Shown: positions 48,901 to 61,074 of the stretch, in pieces | Layout of the letters: every line of letters starts with the position of its first letter | How positions within the stretch are numbered: position 1 is the stretch's first letter | Assembly: GCF_963676685.1 (NCBI RefSeq) | Contig: NC_092348.1 | Coordinates: forward strand, 19,654,001 to 19,718,000 | Source of the DNA: Mytilus edulis | Taxonomy: Eukaryota | Direction: 5' to 3' | DNA length: 64,000 nt | Translations under genes and position numbers: made by a program | Notes under the pieces: generated by a model | Told to the model about the DNA's origin: nothing | Database searches by the model: none | The model's input: the letters and a program-made list of their open reading frames with translations, nothing else

Positions 48901-50532
48901 AAGTCCATAATCATATGGCAAAACCAAACGACAAAATACATAAAAAACGACTGGACAAGAACTGTCATATTCCTGACTTGGTACATGCATTTGAAGAAAT
49001 GTAGAAAATAGTGGATTAAACCTGGTCTTATAGCGCTAAACCTCTCACATTGTTGACAGTCTCATCAAATTCCATGATATTTACAATGATGCGTGAACAA
49101 AACAGACATTTTATAGAACGAAAAAAAAATTGACAACGGCATGCCTTAAAAATGAAAAAGACAAACAGACAAATAATAGTACACAAGACACAACATTGAA
49201 AACTAAAGACTTAGAAACACGACCCCCCTCCCCCAAGAAAAAAATTGAGGTGATATCATGTGCTCCGGAAGAGTATATAGATCCTGCTCCACATGTGGCA
49301 CCTGTCGTGTTGCTCATTTTATTACAAACCCGGTAAATAGACTAATTCGGTATGTCAAATTCGTGAAAAGGAAAGGGGATTGTAGTCACGAAACAAGGAA
49401 CATATCCGATATCAACTGTGAAACAGTTATAGGTGTGCCTAATTGTAGTGTAAACCATTTGTATACAAAAATCGATTAATCGACTATTAAACCCGTATTA
49501 TTATCTTTAATTATTGATTTTCAATATATTACAAGCATCCACTGATTTAATTATGTGTCATTTTGTTTTACTTTAAAAAATAATAGTGTACAAAAATCGT
49601 AGTATTGAAAACGTATATAGATCTTAGTTATAATTATCAGCAATGAGAAAATATGAAAAGGCCTCTTATTGGCCACTTGAATTGAAAAAGAATTATATTT
49701 AGGTGCTAAATAACATCCTTCGAATGTTCATAAAACATCAGTTTCTCCTATATCAGCATTTGCATTGACGAATTGTGTTCTTCATATTTGCATTTGGGCT
49801 TCAAACTTCCTACTTTTAGCATGTGTAGTTAGGAATAGCAACATTTTAATATTGTCTTTAATACATAGATACGAGTAAATGCATTACCCAACAAATAATT
49901 TGTAACAAAATGGTTTTTACAAAGACGTTAATGACTAAAATATAAAAGAGATAGTAGAGTTTTGATGTTTAAATCTTGTAAAACATGCGAAAAGAGAAAA
50001 ATCAAGGTAGTAACAAGACCCTAGGGTATTTGAATGAACCTTAAAAGAAATGAGATTGGGTGCGTGTAAACATTTTGGGTATACATGTAGGTTGTTTCAT
50101 TATACTCTATTGATCCTAAAACAATACTCAAAATCTAAAAAAAATTTCAATGTCAGTTTCCATACTTTTTGACGTAATAGCGACATCATATGTCTCCTTT
50201 TAGAACCATTGTTTCTATGTTATGTCAAACAATTCATTTTTTTAATAACTGTTACATGTCTTTATGCTTGAATGATGTTTCTAAGTGTGGTTCTGCAATT
50301 TTAGGTGCAAGATAGTCACTGATGAATCCTCATCATTTTGTTATGGATGTCTCCTATTCAATATTCCGCTTCGGTAAAAACGATAACAAATCCAGGAGCA
50401 GAACTATATGACAGGCCAAAGTGGACACAAAGAGCTTTTTTAAATATTAAAACATCGTTTTCTTAAATTAATTTCTAATAATAAAAAATGAATTTCTAAT
50501 TAAAAAAAAACAATTTCTAATATCAATATAGA

Positions 50533-50915
50533 AATAAAGGCAACAGTAATATGCCTGTGTTCGAAATTCATAAATCGATTGAGAAAAAAAACAAATCCGG
50601 GTTACAACTTAAACTGAGGAAAACACATAAAATATAAGAGGAGAACTACGACATAACAGAAACACTACACACACAGAAACGAACTATAATATAACACTGG
50701 CCATTTTTCTGACTTGGTACAGGACATTTTAAGAAAACAAATGGTGGGTTGAACCGGGTATTGTGCATGCCAAACCTCCCGCTTTTATTGCAATGTTAAA
50801 TATAACATTAAAATGACAACATTACATGACTAGACTACAATACAGATCAATGGGAGAACATATAGAACAGAGAAACACACCAATAATAGCTAACAAAAGG
50901 TATCAGGTTTAAAAT
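50533..50915 (-). repeat. Solo copy of the pseudo-LTR tail repeat
   Basis: Reverse complement of ~4340-4717 / 8660-9056. Confidence 0.8.
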
Positions 50916-50999
50916 TCAGCCAGTTGAAGTTTTAAATTTTAAGAAAAACGATATTTCTTTATATTTTAAAAATGAATATCGCATCAATACATTTTCTTC

Positions 51000-52152
51000 A
51001 ATATACAGACTTGTCAGTATTATTTGTGATGTAGCTCTTTTTTGTCTTTTCAAACCAGTAAGATCGGAACCTTGTCATGATGAAATGAGGAAATTCCTTC
51101 CTGTTCACTATACCAATAGAGAAATGGATGCAATCAACATCTGCATCGTTCTACATCACAAAGAGGTAACATGTAAAATTCCTATCTATTTTAAAAATCA
51201 CTCTGTTCCTATTGTATCCTACAGTTACACCAAAAACCATTGCACCTAAGTATAACTATAAACAAGCATTGCAGGACTTTGACTTAGAACAATACCTAAA
51301 AAAACCTCCGACATTTGACTGTTCCAACTCGCCTTATAATTACAGCCCCTCTGGCCATGTTATAACTGGGGATCTAAACATAATTCAACATGAAAATCTC
51401 CGAAAGGTGATTTCTCATGGTTCTAAGTTTAGAGAACCCCAACACATCAATTGGAACCATAACTTCAAAATAATTATGGATTCCATTGAGGACTTCGCCA
51501 GAACATGGGCAAAAAGTGAAGAAGTAGAACTGGACACTTTGTCAGAATGGGTCAAAACTATCAGGTCTATGATAAAATTTCGCATTTATAACTTGAAAAA
51601 CTGGGTGAACGATCGCCCAAATCCGTTTTCGGAGACAAAGAGGCCGTGAAATGTCTATAATCTCTTCATGATCAGTTTGTTGTTGTTCCTGCGGACAAAG
51701 CGTCAAATAATATTGTCTTTGTATGTAAATCGTTAAAGAATTCTGTATAAATGAGCACTCAGGTAATCCCACATAAAAAGACATATCATTTCACAAGGAT
51801 GAGATTTTAGCAAATCATAAGTCCTTCATGGTTTCAATGGACATTACATTGAACACCAAATCAGAGGACTTACCTTGTTTGTATTGGATTCCTAAGCTCC
51901 AAAGTTCCGTACAAACAACGGGATATTGCTGGCTCATATTCGTGTTTCACTAAAGAATTGTCCCTTCGATTGACTAAAATTCTGTCCGCAGTGAAAGAGG
52001 GTCTTCAGAAATACTGCGGAACTGTTTACTCGCGTAGTAGTATTAACCATATGTAGATTCTTAAAAATGCTAAAGAATTTCGAGATAATTTTCAATTTAT
52101 TAGTTCTATCAAAACTTTAGATTTTTCAACCCTGTATACCACTATTCCTCAT
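51000..52152 (+). pseudogene. Truncated PLE RT fragment related to the 4792-7818 element
   Basis: PYNYSPSGHVITGDL, ELDTLSEWVK, VVVPADKASNNI, LYWIPKL, DFSTLYTTIPH; frameshifted. Confidence 0.85.
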
Positions 52153-52770
52153 GTGTTTTGTCATTTGATTTTATCATGTGATTAGGGACTTTCCGATTTA
52201 CTTTTTTCTAATATTAACAATCTATTTCTTAATATTTAAAAACGAATTTGTTATATTGAGAATCTATTTCTTAATATCAAAAATGAATTTGTAATATTAA
52301 AAATCTATTTCTTTAAAAAAAATCGTTGATCAATATAAGAAATTCATGTTTTAATATTACATAATCAATTCTTAATATTGAAATTCGCGAAATTATTTTT
52401 TTATATTTGAAATTAATTTCCAATATTAATATATGATTTTCAAAAAAACATTTTCTAATAAAAATTAATACGGGTTTTATTAATATTGAAAAAGGATTGT
52501 CCAATTTGGCCTGTCGTTGAACTACAATGTATTTTATAGTAATTCTTCTAAAAAAGGAATAGAAAATCAATCAATATTGTTTTCAATTGTATAATAAAAT
52601 ATCATAATAATGTGATATTGAGTATATAATCAGCTTGTTTGCATACTGTCGAGTGACTACAACAAGACATTTTCTGCAGTGTATCCAACAGATTTATACA
52701 AACAATTTGTGAAGGAAGTATGTTGATCTCAATTTCCCATTCGAGCACAAGATTTGCAGCATTGTAATTG

Positions 52771-52780
52771 GGGAATTTCC
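52771..52780 (+). promoter_or_regulatory. Perfect NF-kB consensus site GGGAATTTCC in the predicted first intron of serpin 4
   Basis: Matches GGGRNWYYCC. The paralogous position in serpin 3 is GGGAATTTGC (44747-44756). Function untested. Confidence 0.35.
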
Positions 52781-52867
52781 ATGTAAACATATCTAGGCAT
52801 TTCTGTTCACATAAATAATGTTGTCTCTTGTAAGATTTATCTCAGAATATCATTTTAAACTGTAGAG

Positions 52868-54013
52868 ATGGCCACGTTAGTAGATATTCCTGTGGACTTT
52901 GAACAAAGTTTGATTGAATTCTCGACATCTTTGTTTCAAGGATTGAACAAAACAGATAGTGTTTGCTTGTCACCATATAGCATCATAGCGGCTTTGTTGT
53001 TGGTGAAGATTGGAGCAAGTGGACAATCGAAGCAACAAATTTCCTCTGCTATTTTTCAAAATAGCTTATTTTCAGAAGAACAACAGTTGCAGTTTTATAA
53101 ATCACTTCATAGTCAACTTACTCAAAAAGCTGGCGCCAATGTTAGTTTTGCTAGTGCAAATAGACTCTTCGTAAGCGACAGATTCATAGTGTTGCAAACG
53201 GTCCAAGAAAATGCAAAACGATATTTTGGAGCCGATATAAGTATAAAGGACTTTACAAAATCTGAAGCATCTGCTTACGAGATGAATAGTTGGGTATCAG
53301 AACAGACAGACGGTAAAATAAAGGATTTGATAAAGGAAGACTGGTTAGACCAAAGCACTGTAATGTTTATAATTAACGCTATATACTTCAAAGCCACGTG
53401 GGAGAAACAATTTTTACCCAGAGACACGCAGAAAGAAATATTTTACCTTCCTAACAATAAAAAGATTGAAGTTGAAATGATGAGGCAACAAACACTTATT
53501 CCATATTTTCGAGGTCTGGACTTCTCTGCGATAGCATTACCCTTCAAGGGAGGAAAGTTTGATATGGTCTTTATTTTACCAAATGAAATACACGGGCTTC
53601 AAAATTTAGAAGCAAAGATAACACCAAAGTTCCTATTGGATATTTCTGCTGGATTTATTAGAAAGCATCGTACGAATGTATATATTCCAAAATTTAAATT
53701 ACAAACCGAGCTTAATTTGAAAAATGAATTACCTAAACTTGCTGTAGGAGATATCTTTAACAAGGCCAAAGCTAATTTTTCTAATCTTATTTATGGGAGG
53801 AAAAGAGGGTTATACGTCGATGTTGCTGTCCATAAAGCCGTCTTCAACGTGAACGAAGCAGGCGTAGAGGGAGCTGCAGCTACAACAATTGGAGTATTTT
53901 TTAAATCCTTAACTATGGTGTTCAGGGCACATAGACCGTTTTTGTTTTATGTCAGAGATATTAAATCGGGTCTTATTTTGTTTATTGGACGATTCCATCC
54001 ACAGGTCAGATGA
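52868..54013 (+). CDS. Serpin paralogue 4 (381 aa), RCL EAGVEGAAATTIGVFFK-SLT
   Basis: Intact ORF with serpin motifs; AATAAA at 54109-54114. Confidence 0.95.
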   Translation: MATLVDIPVDFEQSLIEFSTSLFQGLNKTDSVCLSPYSIIAALLLVKIGASGQSKQQISSAIFQNSLFSEEQQLQFYKSLHSQLTQKAGANVSFASANRLFVSDRFIVLQTVQENAKRYFGADISIKDFTKSEASAYEMNSWVSEQTDGKIKDLIKEDWLDQSTVMFIINAIYFKATWEKQFLPRDTQKEIFYLPNNKKIEVEMMRQQTLIPYFRGLDFSAIALPFKGGKFDMVFILPNEIHGLQNLEAKITPKFLLDISAGFIRKHRTNVYIPKFKLQTELNLKNELPKLAVGDIFNKAKANFSNLIYGRKRGLYVDVAVHKAVFNVNEAGVEGAAATTIGVFFKSLTMVFRAHRPFLFYVRDIKSGLILFIGRFHPQVR

Positions 54014-54841
54014 TTTTTAATAATTATTCATAAAACAGTTTTTGATTGAACAAACACTATTACATGTATTTTAAGCATCTTTACTGATGGCATTATGTGT
54101 ATTATTTAAATAAAACGTATTTATATACTGTTTATTGTAAACAAACATGGGTTGTATCCGACAATGAGAAAACACGGTCAGTAACGTAAATGTAAATGGA
54201 TATATACGAAAATGCTGTATGAGAGCCAATGAGACAACTCTCCATCCATTTTTTATTTATGTTTTTGCTAATGTGGTCGAATGCTGTTTTCTGCTCTATG
54301 GTCGGGTTGTTGTCTCTTTGACACATTCCCCATTTCCATTCTCAATTTTATTATCGAATGGTTCAGTGAGTTTTCTATCATCACGTGGAGTCAGGCTTCC
54401 GTCATCCGTTTATATTTTACAAAAAATCTTCTTCCGTACAATTACTTGGCCAAATTTACTAAACATGGCCATAATCATAACTATCAAAAGTATAATAAGT
54501 AATGCAGTTCTTATCATAATGATATTGCATATTTTAGATATATATTTTTACAGAATCAGATTCATGCAATATCCGTTTTTTTTTTAAAACGTCCGACAAT
54601 ATAAGGAAGAAAAGAACATTATGATTTTCCTGTATTTTATCAGCTGCCTTTTTCTTTTACAGTTTTTACAGCCATTTCTACATCTTATTGTAAATATGAA
54701 AATCGCTAGTAAAGTTACTGGGTAATGATTTTTTTTAAAATATCGATTTAAGTTGAAATGATATGACATTTTTTTTAGTAGGAACAGCAACTTGACGTCA
54801 TAGGTCAAACGTTGACATCATTCGAATTGTGACGTCATGCC

Positions 54842-54915
54842 AGGTATGCGATACGGGATTACTATGTGATACGGGGTATGCGATACGGGGTATGCGATAT
54901 AGGGTAGGTGATACA
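54842..54915 (+). repeat. 14-bp tandem repeat GGTATGCGATACGG (~5 degenerate units)
   Basis: Seen directly. Confidence 0.75.
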
Positions 54916-54971
54916 GACTGGAAAAAAGAACCTTTATAAGATATACAAAATTGCTGTATTTTGTACTAAAC

Positions 54972-55133
54972 ATATGATAAATAGAGATTAATACATGGCC
55001 TTTTCCATATAAGCCTGGGTATCATCCCGAGACCCCCATATCAGCCCGAGACGGAGTCGAGGTGCTTATATTGGTCGAGGGATGATAACCAGGCTGATAT
55101 GGAAAAGGCCATGTATTAATCACTTTATCATAT
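54972..55133. mobile_element. Palindromic element (162-bp hairpin), possibly extending to a second ATATGATAAAT at ~55650
   Basis: ATATGATAAA..GATTAATACATGGCCTTTTCCATAT..ATCATCCC / GGGATGAT..ATATGGAAAAGGCCATGTATTAATC..TTTATCATAT. Confidence 0.75.
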
Positions 55134-55900
55134 ATACTTCCGACAATAGCTATGTAAGGCAAATAAACAAATGCAATAACTTAAACAGTCAAAAACTGTA
55201 TAAGTAATATAAATTATGAATCAAATATACTATAATTGTCAAACAACAGCATCACTACCTCCTTATATATGCATGGTAACATTTCCTATAGAGGCATTTT
55301 GAAACATTGAAAATTTGGAAGTTTTATGATCATTACTAATCCATGTTTGTTGTACTATAAAATGATTCATAATTGTTAATCGCATTTGTGAGAAAGTACA
55401 AAACTATCCCCATAAAAGTTCCCGTAAATTTTGACGTCGTCATAAAAAAACATCTGACGTCACAATGAAAGAGTAAACAACCGATACCGGAAACACCGGA
55501 AGTAACTTGCACGAGAGGCACTATTATGGGTTTTGTGCACGAGATGCACATGATATGGGTTATCAGCCCGGGTGGGAAATTATGGCCTGTGTACCTCCGC
55601 TCATTACACATATGCAAAAGCTATCATATCAATGCTAAGTATATGATAAATAAAAATAATTCATAATGTCAATTATATTAATTTTTTATTTCTGTATTTA
55701 AAATTTTTAATTTAGGAACTAATTATAACTTAACCAAGACATGCTCTTCGCACGCACAATTTATATGGACTACTGTTACTTTCACTGACTTCATTTAAAA
55801 CCTTAATGAATACCAGTAAAATAAATATTGTTTGTTTTTAATTCTTGTTTTAACAAGAGAACAATGTGTTTTCAGAAAATAATTAAGTGAGAGGTTTAGC

Positions 55901-56267
55901 NNNNNNNNNNNNNNNNNNNNNNNNNNNNNNNNNNNNNNNNNNNNNNNNNNNNNNNNNNNNNNNNNNNNNNNNNNNNNNNNNNNNNNNNNNNNNNNNNNNN
56001 NNNNNNNNNNNNNNNNNNNNNNNNNNNNNNNNNNNNNNNNNNNNNNNNNNNNNNNNNNNNNNNNNNNNNNNNNNNNNNNNNNNNNNNNNNNNNNNNNNNN
56101 NNNNNNNNNNNNNNNNNNNNNNNNNNNNNNNNNNNNNNNNNNNNNNNNNNNNNNNNNNNNNNNNNNNNNNNNNNNNNNNNNNNNNNNNNNNNNNNNNNNN
56201 NNNNNNNNNNNNNNNNNNNNNNNNNNNNNNNNNNNNNNNNNNNNNNNNNNNNNNNNNNNNNNNNNNN
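55901..56267. other. Assembly gap (367 N)
   Basis: Run of N. Confidence 1.
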
Positions 56268-57796
56268 CCTTAGGGGGTCAATTGACTATTTTGGTCATAC
56301 TGACTTGTTTTTAGTTCTTACTTTGCTGTACATTATTGCTGTTTACAGTTTATCTCTATCTATAATAATATAATAACAAAAAAACAGCAAAATTTCCTCA
56401 AAATTACCAATTCAGGGGCAGCAACCTAACAACCGATTATCCGATTCGACTGAAAATTCCAGGGCAGATAGATCGTGGCCTGATCAACAATTTCCTGTCA
56501 GATTTGCTCTAAATGCTTTGGTTTTTGAGTTATAAGATAAAAACGGCATTTTACCCCCATGTTCTATTTTTAGCCATGGCGGCCATCTTGGTTTGTTGGC
56601 CGAGTTACGGGACACATTTTTTAAACTAGATACCCCAATGATGATTATGGCTAAGTTTGGTTAAATTTGGCACAGTAGTTTCAGAGGAGAAGATTTTTCT
56701 AAAAGATTATTAAGATTTACGAAAAATGGTTAAAAATTGACTATAAAGGGCAATAACTCCTAAAGTGGTCAACTGACCATTTTGGTCATGTTGACTTATT
56801 TGTAGATCTTATATTGCTGAACATTATTGCTGTTTACAGTTTATCTCTACCTATAATAATATTTAAGATAATAACCAAAAACATCAAAATTTCCTTAAAA
56901 TTACCATTTCAGGGGCAGCAACCCAATAACAAAATGTCCGATTCATCTGAAAATTTCAGGGCAAATAGATCTTCTTGACCTGATGAACAATTTAACCCTG
57001 TCAGATTTGCTCTCAATGCTTTGGTTTTTGAGTTATAAGCCAAAAACTGCATTTTACCCCCTGTTCTATTTTTAGCCATGGCGGCCATCTTGTTTGGTTG
57101 GCCGGGTCACCGGACACATTTTTTAAACTAGATACCCCAATGATGATTATGGCCAAGTTTGGTTAAATTTGGCCCAGTAGTTTAAGAGGAGAAGATTTTT
57201 CTAAAAGACTACTAAGATTTACGAAAAATGGTTAAAAATTGACTATAAAGGGCAATAACTCCTAAAGTGGTCAACTGACCATTTTGGTCATGTTGACTTA
57301 TTTGTAGATCTTACTTTGTTGAACATTATTGCTGTTCACAGTTTATCTCTATCTATAATAATATTCAAGATAATAACCAAAAACAGCAAAAATTCCTTAA
57401 AATTACCATTTCAGGGGCAGCAACCCAACAACGAAATGTCCTATTCATCTGAAAATTTCAGGGCAGATAGATCTTGACCTGATGAACAACATTACCAAGT
57501 GTCAGATTTGCTCTAAATGCTTTGGTTTTTGAGTTATAAGCCAAAAACTGCATTTTACCCCTATGTTCTATTTTTAGCCATGGCGGCCATCTTGGTTGGT
57601 TGGCCGGGTCACTGGACACATTTTTTAAACTAGATACCCCAATGATGATTGTGGCCAAGTTTGGTTAAATTTGGCGCAGTAGTTTCAGAGGAGAAGATTT
57701 TTGTAAAAGTTAACGACGGACGACGACGACGGACGACGGACGCCGGACGCCAAGTGATGAGAAAAGCTCACTTGGCCTTTCGGCCAGGTGAGCTAA
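56268..57796 (+). repeat. HINE/Helentron-like element: 502-bp tandem array (3 units), GACG microsatellite, terminal hairpin
   Basis: GCCATGGCGGCCATCTTG at 56573, 57075 and 57577. (GAC/GACG)n at 57714-57750. AGCTCACTTGGCC tttc GGCCAGGTGAGCT terminal palindrome. Confidence 0.85.
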
Positions 57797-58320
57797 TAAT
57801 AATAATAATAATATTGTTTAATTATGTATAAATCTGTATTTGATTTAGCAACAATTATCTGATGATTGAGGGTCATTGAATGGTGGTTCGGTTTCACTGA
57901 CTTCATTAAAGACCCAAAATGAATACCTGTAAAATAAATATAGTTTGTTTTTTATTATTTGTTTTAACAAGAGACCAATGTGTCTTCAAAAAATGGTTCT
58001 TCGACAGACTCTGAAGGACAGTATATTTCATATTTTTCATTTCAATCGGTCTTTCCTTTTTTTCAACTGTGCATCAGAAGGAAAACATCGTTTCGTATTA
58101 TCGACTGGTGACCCCATGACTTTCTCTACATTACGGATTTACAACGGAAGTCACTTGATCCTTATTGATCATTTGAGAAGTAATATTGCATTATCTTAAT
58201 TGAAACTTTTCATGTTAACATTGAATTTGTATTACTGTACATGTATATTACCATAAATAGAATGGTACCTGCAGTAAGGATCATCTAAGAATAATATTTT
58301 CGTTTTTATTGCAATATATG

Positions 58321-59785
58321 ATGGCTTCGTTGGGTAATATTCCTGTTGACTTTCAACAAAGTTTAGTTAGATTCTCGACATCTTTGTATAAAGGATTGAA
58401 CAAAACAGAGAGCTTGTGTGTATCACCTTATAGAATCACTGCTGCGTTTCTAATGTTGATGATTGGAGCAGGCGGACGATCAAAGCAGCAACTTTCAACA
58501 GCTATTTTCAAAAATAGTTTATTGTCCGACGAGGAGAATTTGAAATATTACAAGTCAATGCATACTTATATAGTTGAGAGAGATGGAATTAATGTTGTTT
58601 TGGCAAGTGCTAATAAGTTGTTCGTAAACGATCAATTTACAGTATTGCAAAATGTCCGAGAAAATGCAAAACAGTATTTTGGAGCCGATATTAGTGTTAA
58701 GGACTTTACAAAACCCAAGACATCTGCATTTGAAATAAATAGGTGGGTATTAAAAAAGACTTACGGCAAAATAAAGGATTTGATTAAAGAAAATTGGTTT
58801 GACAAAAACACTATAATGTTCATTATAAATGTTATATATTTTAAAGCCACGTGGTGGATGCCATTTTCTCCAAGTTCCACGAGAAAACAAACATTTTACC
58901 TTCCGAACAACAAAAAGATTGAAGTTGATATGATGCATAACAAGAAAGTATTTACCCTCTCGTATCGAGGTTTGGACTTCTCTGCAATAGCGTTACCATT
59001 CAAGGGTGGCTACTTTGATATGGTCTTCATTTTACCAGATGAGACGGATGGACTCCCAAATATTGAAGAGAAGATAACTCCTGACTTTCTAAACGATATA
59101 TCTACTGGATTTAAAAATTCGGTTTATAATATTGCCATTCCAAAATTTAAGTTGGAGTCCGAGTGTGATTTAACAAAAGAATTACCTAAACTTGGAGTGA
59201 AAGACATTTTTGGATTTAAAGCTAATTTTTCAGATCTAATTATTGAGAGAACACAAGGCTTAGGCAGCAACCATTTGATTTTCTGGGGGGGGGGGGGGGG
59301 GGGGGGGGGGCTATGGTTTTTTTTTTCTGGACAAATTTTTTTTTCGCCTGCGGCGATAAACAACCTATTTTTTTCGCGACAAGTCGAAAACAATTTTTTT
59401 CTTTCAATTTTAGCATTACATATAGTGGCAGCTGAGGGTGAAACAAACAATTTTTTTTTCTCAGAATCAAAAACAAATTATTTTTTTCTCCAAAAACTGG
59501 AAACAAACTTTTTTTTCCAAAAAAAACCATAGCCCCCCCCCCCCCCCCCCCCCCCCAGAAAATCAAATGGTTGCTGCCTTACACATCAAGGTTGCTGTGC
59601 ATAAGGCTGTTTTCAACATGAACGAAGCAGGTATAGAGGGGGCAGCTGTTACAGCAGTTCGCTTTGGTTTAAGATTGAGGACAATACCAAGGTTCACTGC
59701 AGATGGACCATTTTTATATTATATTAGAGATATCAAATCTGGTCTTATTTTGTTTATTGGTCGATTCTACCCAAAAGTCAAATAG
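58321..59785 (+). pseudogene. Serpin paralogue 5 disrupted by a MITE; restores to 381 aa, RCL EAGIEGAAVTAVRFGLR-LRT
   Basis: Removing 59263-59581 joins ...RTQGL-HIKVAVHKAVF... in frame with no other lesion. Confidence 0.9.
59263..59578. mobile_element. PIF/Harbinger-type MITE, 316 bp, TTA TSD
   Basis: TIR GGCAGCAACCATTTGATTTTCT(G)26CTATGGTTTTTTTT versus a complement with (C)24. TTA at 59260-59262 and 59579-59581. Confidence 0.9.
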
Positions 59786-60758
59786 TTGAAGTTTTTTGAA
59801 AAACGACAGTATGGTAATTAGTAAACAACATTGTATACTAGCATTTAAAGAATGGCTCTGATGGCTATTATATAAAATAAATTGTTCTAATAAAATTTGG
59901 TAGTGGCTATTTGACCGGCACCGGAAAAATAGCAAATTTGCTATTTAGCCGGCACTGAATAAAACTGTTGATTGGTGGGATTAGTAGAGAATAAGCCGAA
60001 TAATAATTTAAATAATTTAAAATCATTTTATCAAAATATCAAGCATTAATAAAAATACAGTACAATCAAAAATAAAATATTGAAAATGTTCATGAATAAA
60101 TGATTTATAACTTTATCATGTTAACTTTATAATATTAATCAAAAGCATGAACACACATTTGTATATCACAGTGTAGATACTATTCTGTACGCTATCCGGA
60201 AGTCGCGATTTTCGAAGCGATAACTTTTTGGATCACATTTTAAATTTAATGGGTATACTGAATTAAACGGTAAGTTGATCATCTGTACATTGCTTAATGA
60301 TTAATTCAGCCGACATCGATATTCTCAAATGGTTTAGAATTAAATTCCGCACATTCATTATTCGTATCTTTGCCTTAATCAAGAGATTTTCAAGTGCATC
60401 ACTAAGAAAAATCAATCGGCGAACCTAAAAACAATCTTTTTATCCTCTTAGTGTACAAATTAAAGTAAAAACCTGACTTAATTAACTAAATGAAGTATAT
60501 TTCAAGTGGTGGTAAAAGTTTCAACCAGATCCTTGAAGCCAGAAATAAGAAAATTACACTTGTTTGAATTTCTCACTATACGATCAGTCTCGCTTGTATA
60601 TTTTAAAACTGTATGATCAGTCTTTATGTCACTGTATTCTAGTGGTGATTTCAAAGTTATTTACGATACATTAGAAGGTGGCATTTTTCTAAATAACACA
60701 ACAATATTTCAATACATTCACATCCTGAAAACTTATGAAACATGTTTTAGCTTGATAG

Positions 60759-61070
60759 TGTTGTATCTTTACCCTAAGCCCGGGTTCTCCCTATTAGGAG
60801 TAGACAACTGATACCATTCTCCCTGCCAGGAGTAGACGATGGACACCAATGGGCCACTGGTTGGATACAGCGGATGTCAGAGCCTGCGCACGCCTGCAGC
60901 GCCCTCTTCAATCTAATGGTCAACGAGGTTAGACGTTAACCACGAAGAAACAGTTAACAACGCCCGAGTAATAGGTAATTACAGTACTTAAGCCTAAGTC
61001 CTTCTATATATATAAAGTCCAGGTCGGGTCCTTTCAAGGGAAATAGTCTTTCCCCAAGACGAACACCACA
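60759..61070 (+). repeat. Putative 5' LTR of a Ty3/gypsy element
   Basis: TGTTGT...ACCACA ends, TATATAAA at ~61009, followed 4 nt later by TGG and then gag. No second LTR in the window, so the left boundary is tentative. Confidence 0.6.
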
Positions 61071-61074
61071 TTAT

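Larger units (their letters stand above)
50410..52515. mobile_element. TIR element with internal ~21-bp AT-rich tandem units, carrying a nested repeat and a PLE fragment; inserted upstream of serpin 4
   Basis: GACAGGCCAAAGTGGACA / TGTCCAATTTGGCCTGTC. TTTC(T)TAATAT(C/T)AAAAA units on both sides. The site is empty in the paralogous region near 44510. Confidence 0.7.

Noticed and set aside
55887-56273. 128-aa ORF in the track
   Set aside because: Artefact of the N gap.
59124-59566. Poly-Gly/poly-Pro ORFs on both strands
   Set aside because: Translations of the MITE G/C tracts.
29400-59785. Serpins as retrocopies or bacterial horizontal transfers because the CDSs are intronless
   Set aside because: Conserved upstream flanks, a predicted 5' intron and poly(A) signals show DNA-level tandem duplication; no poly(A) tails or TSDs. 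The origin of the ancestral gene cannot be judged here.
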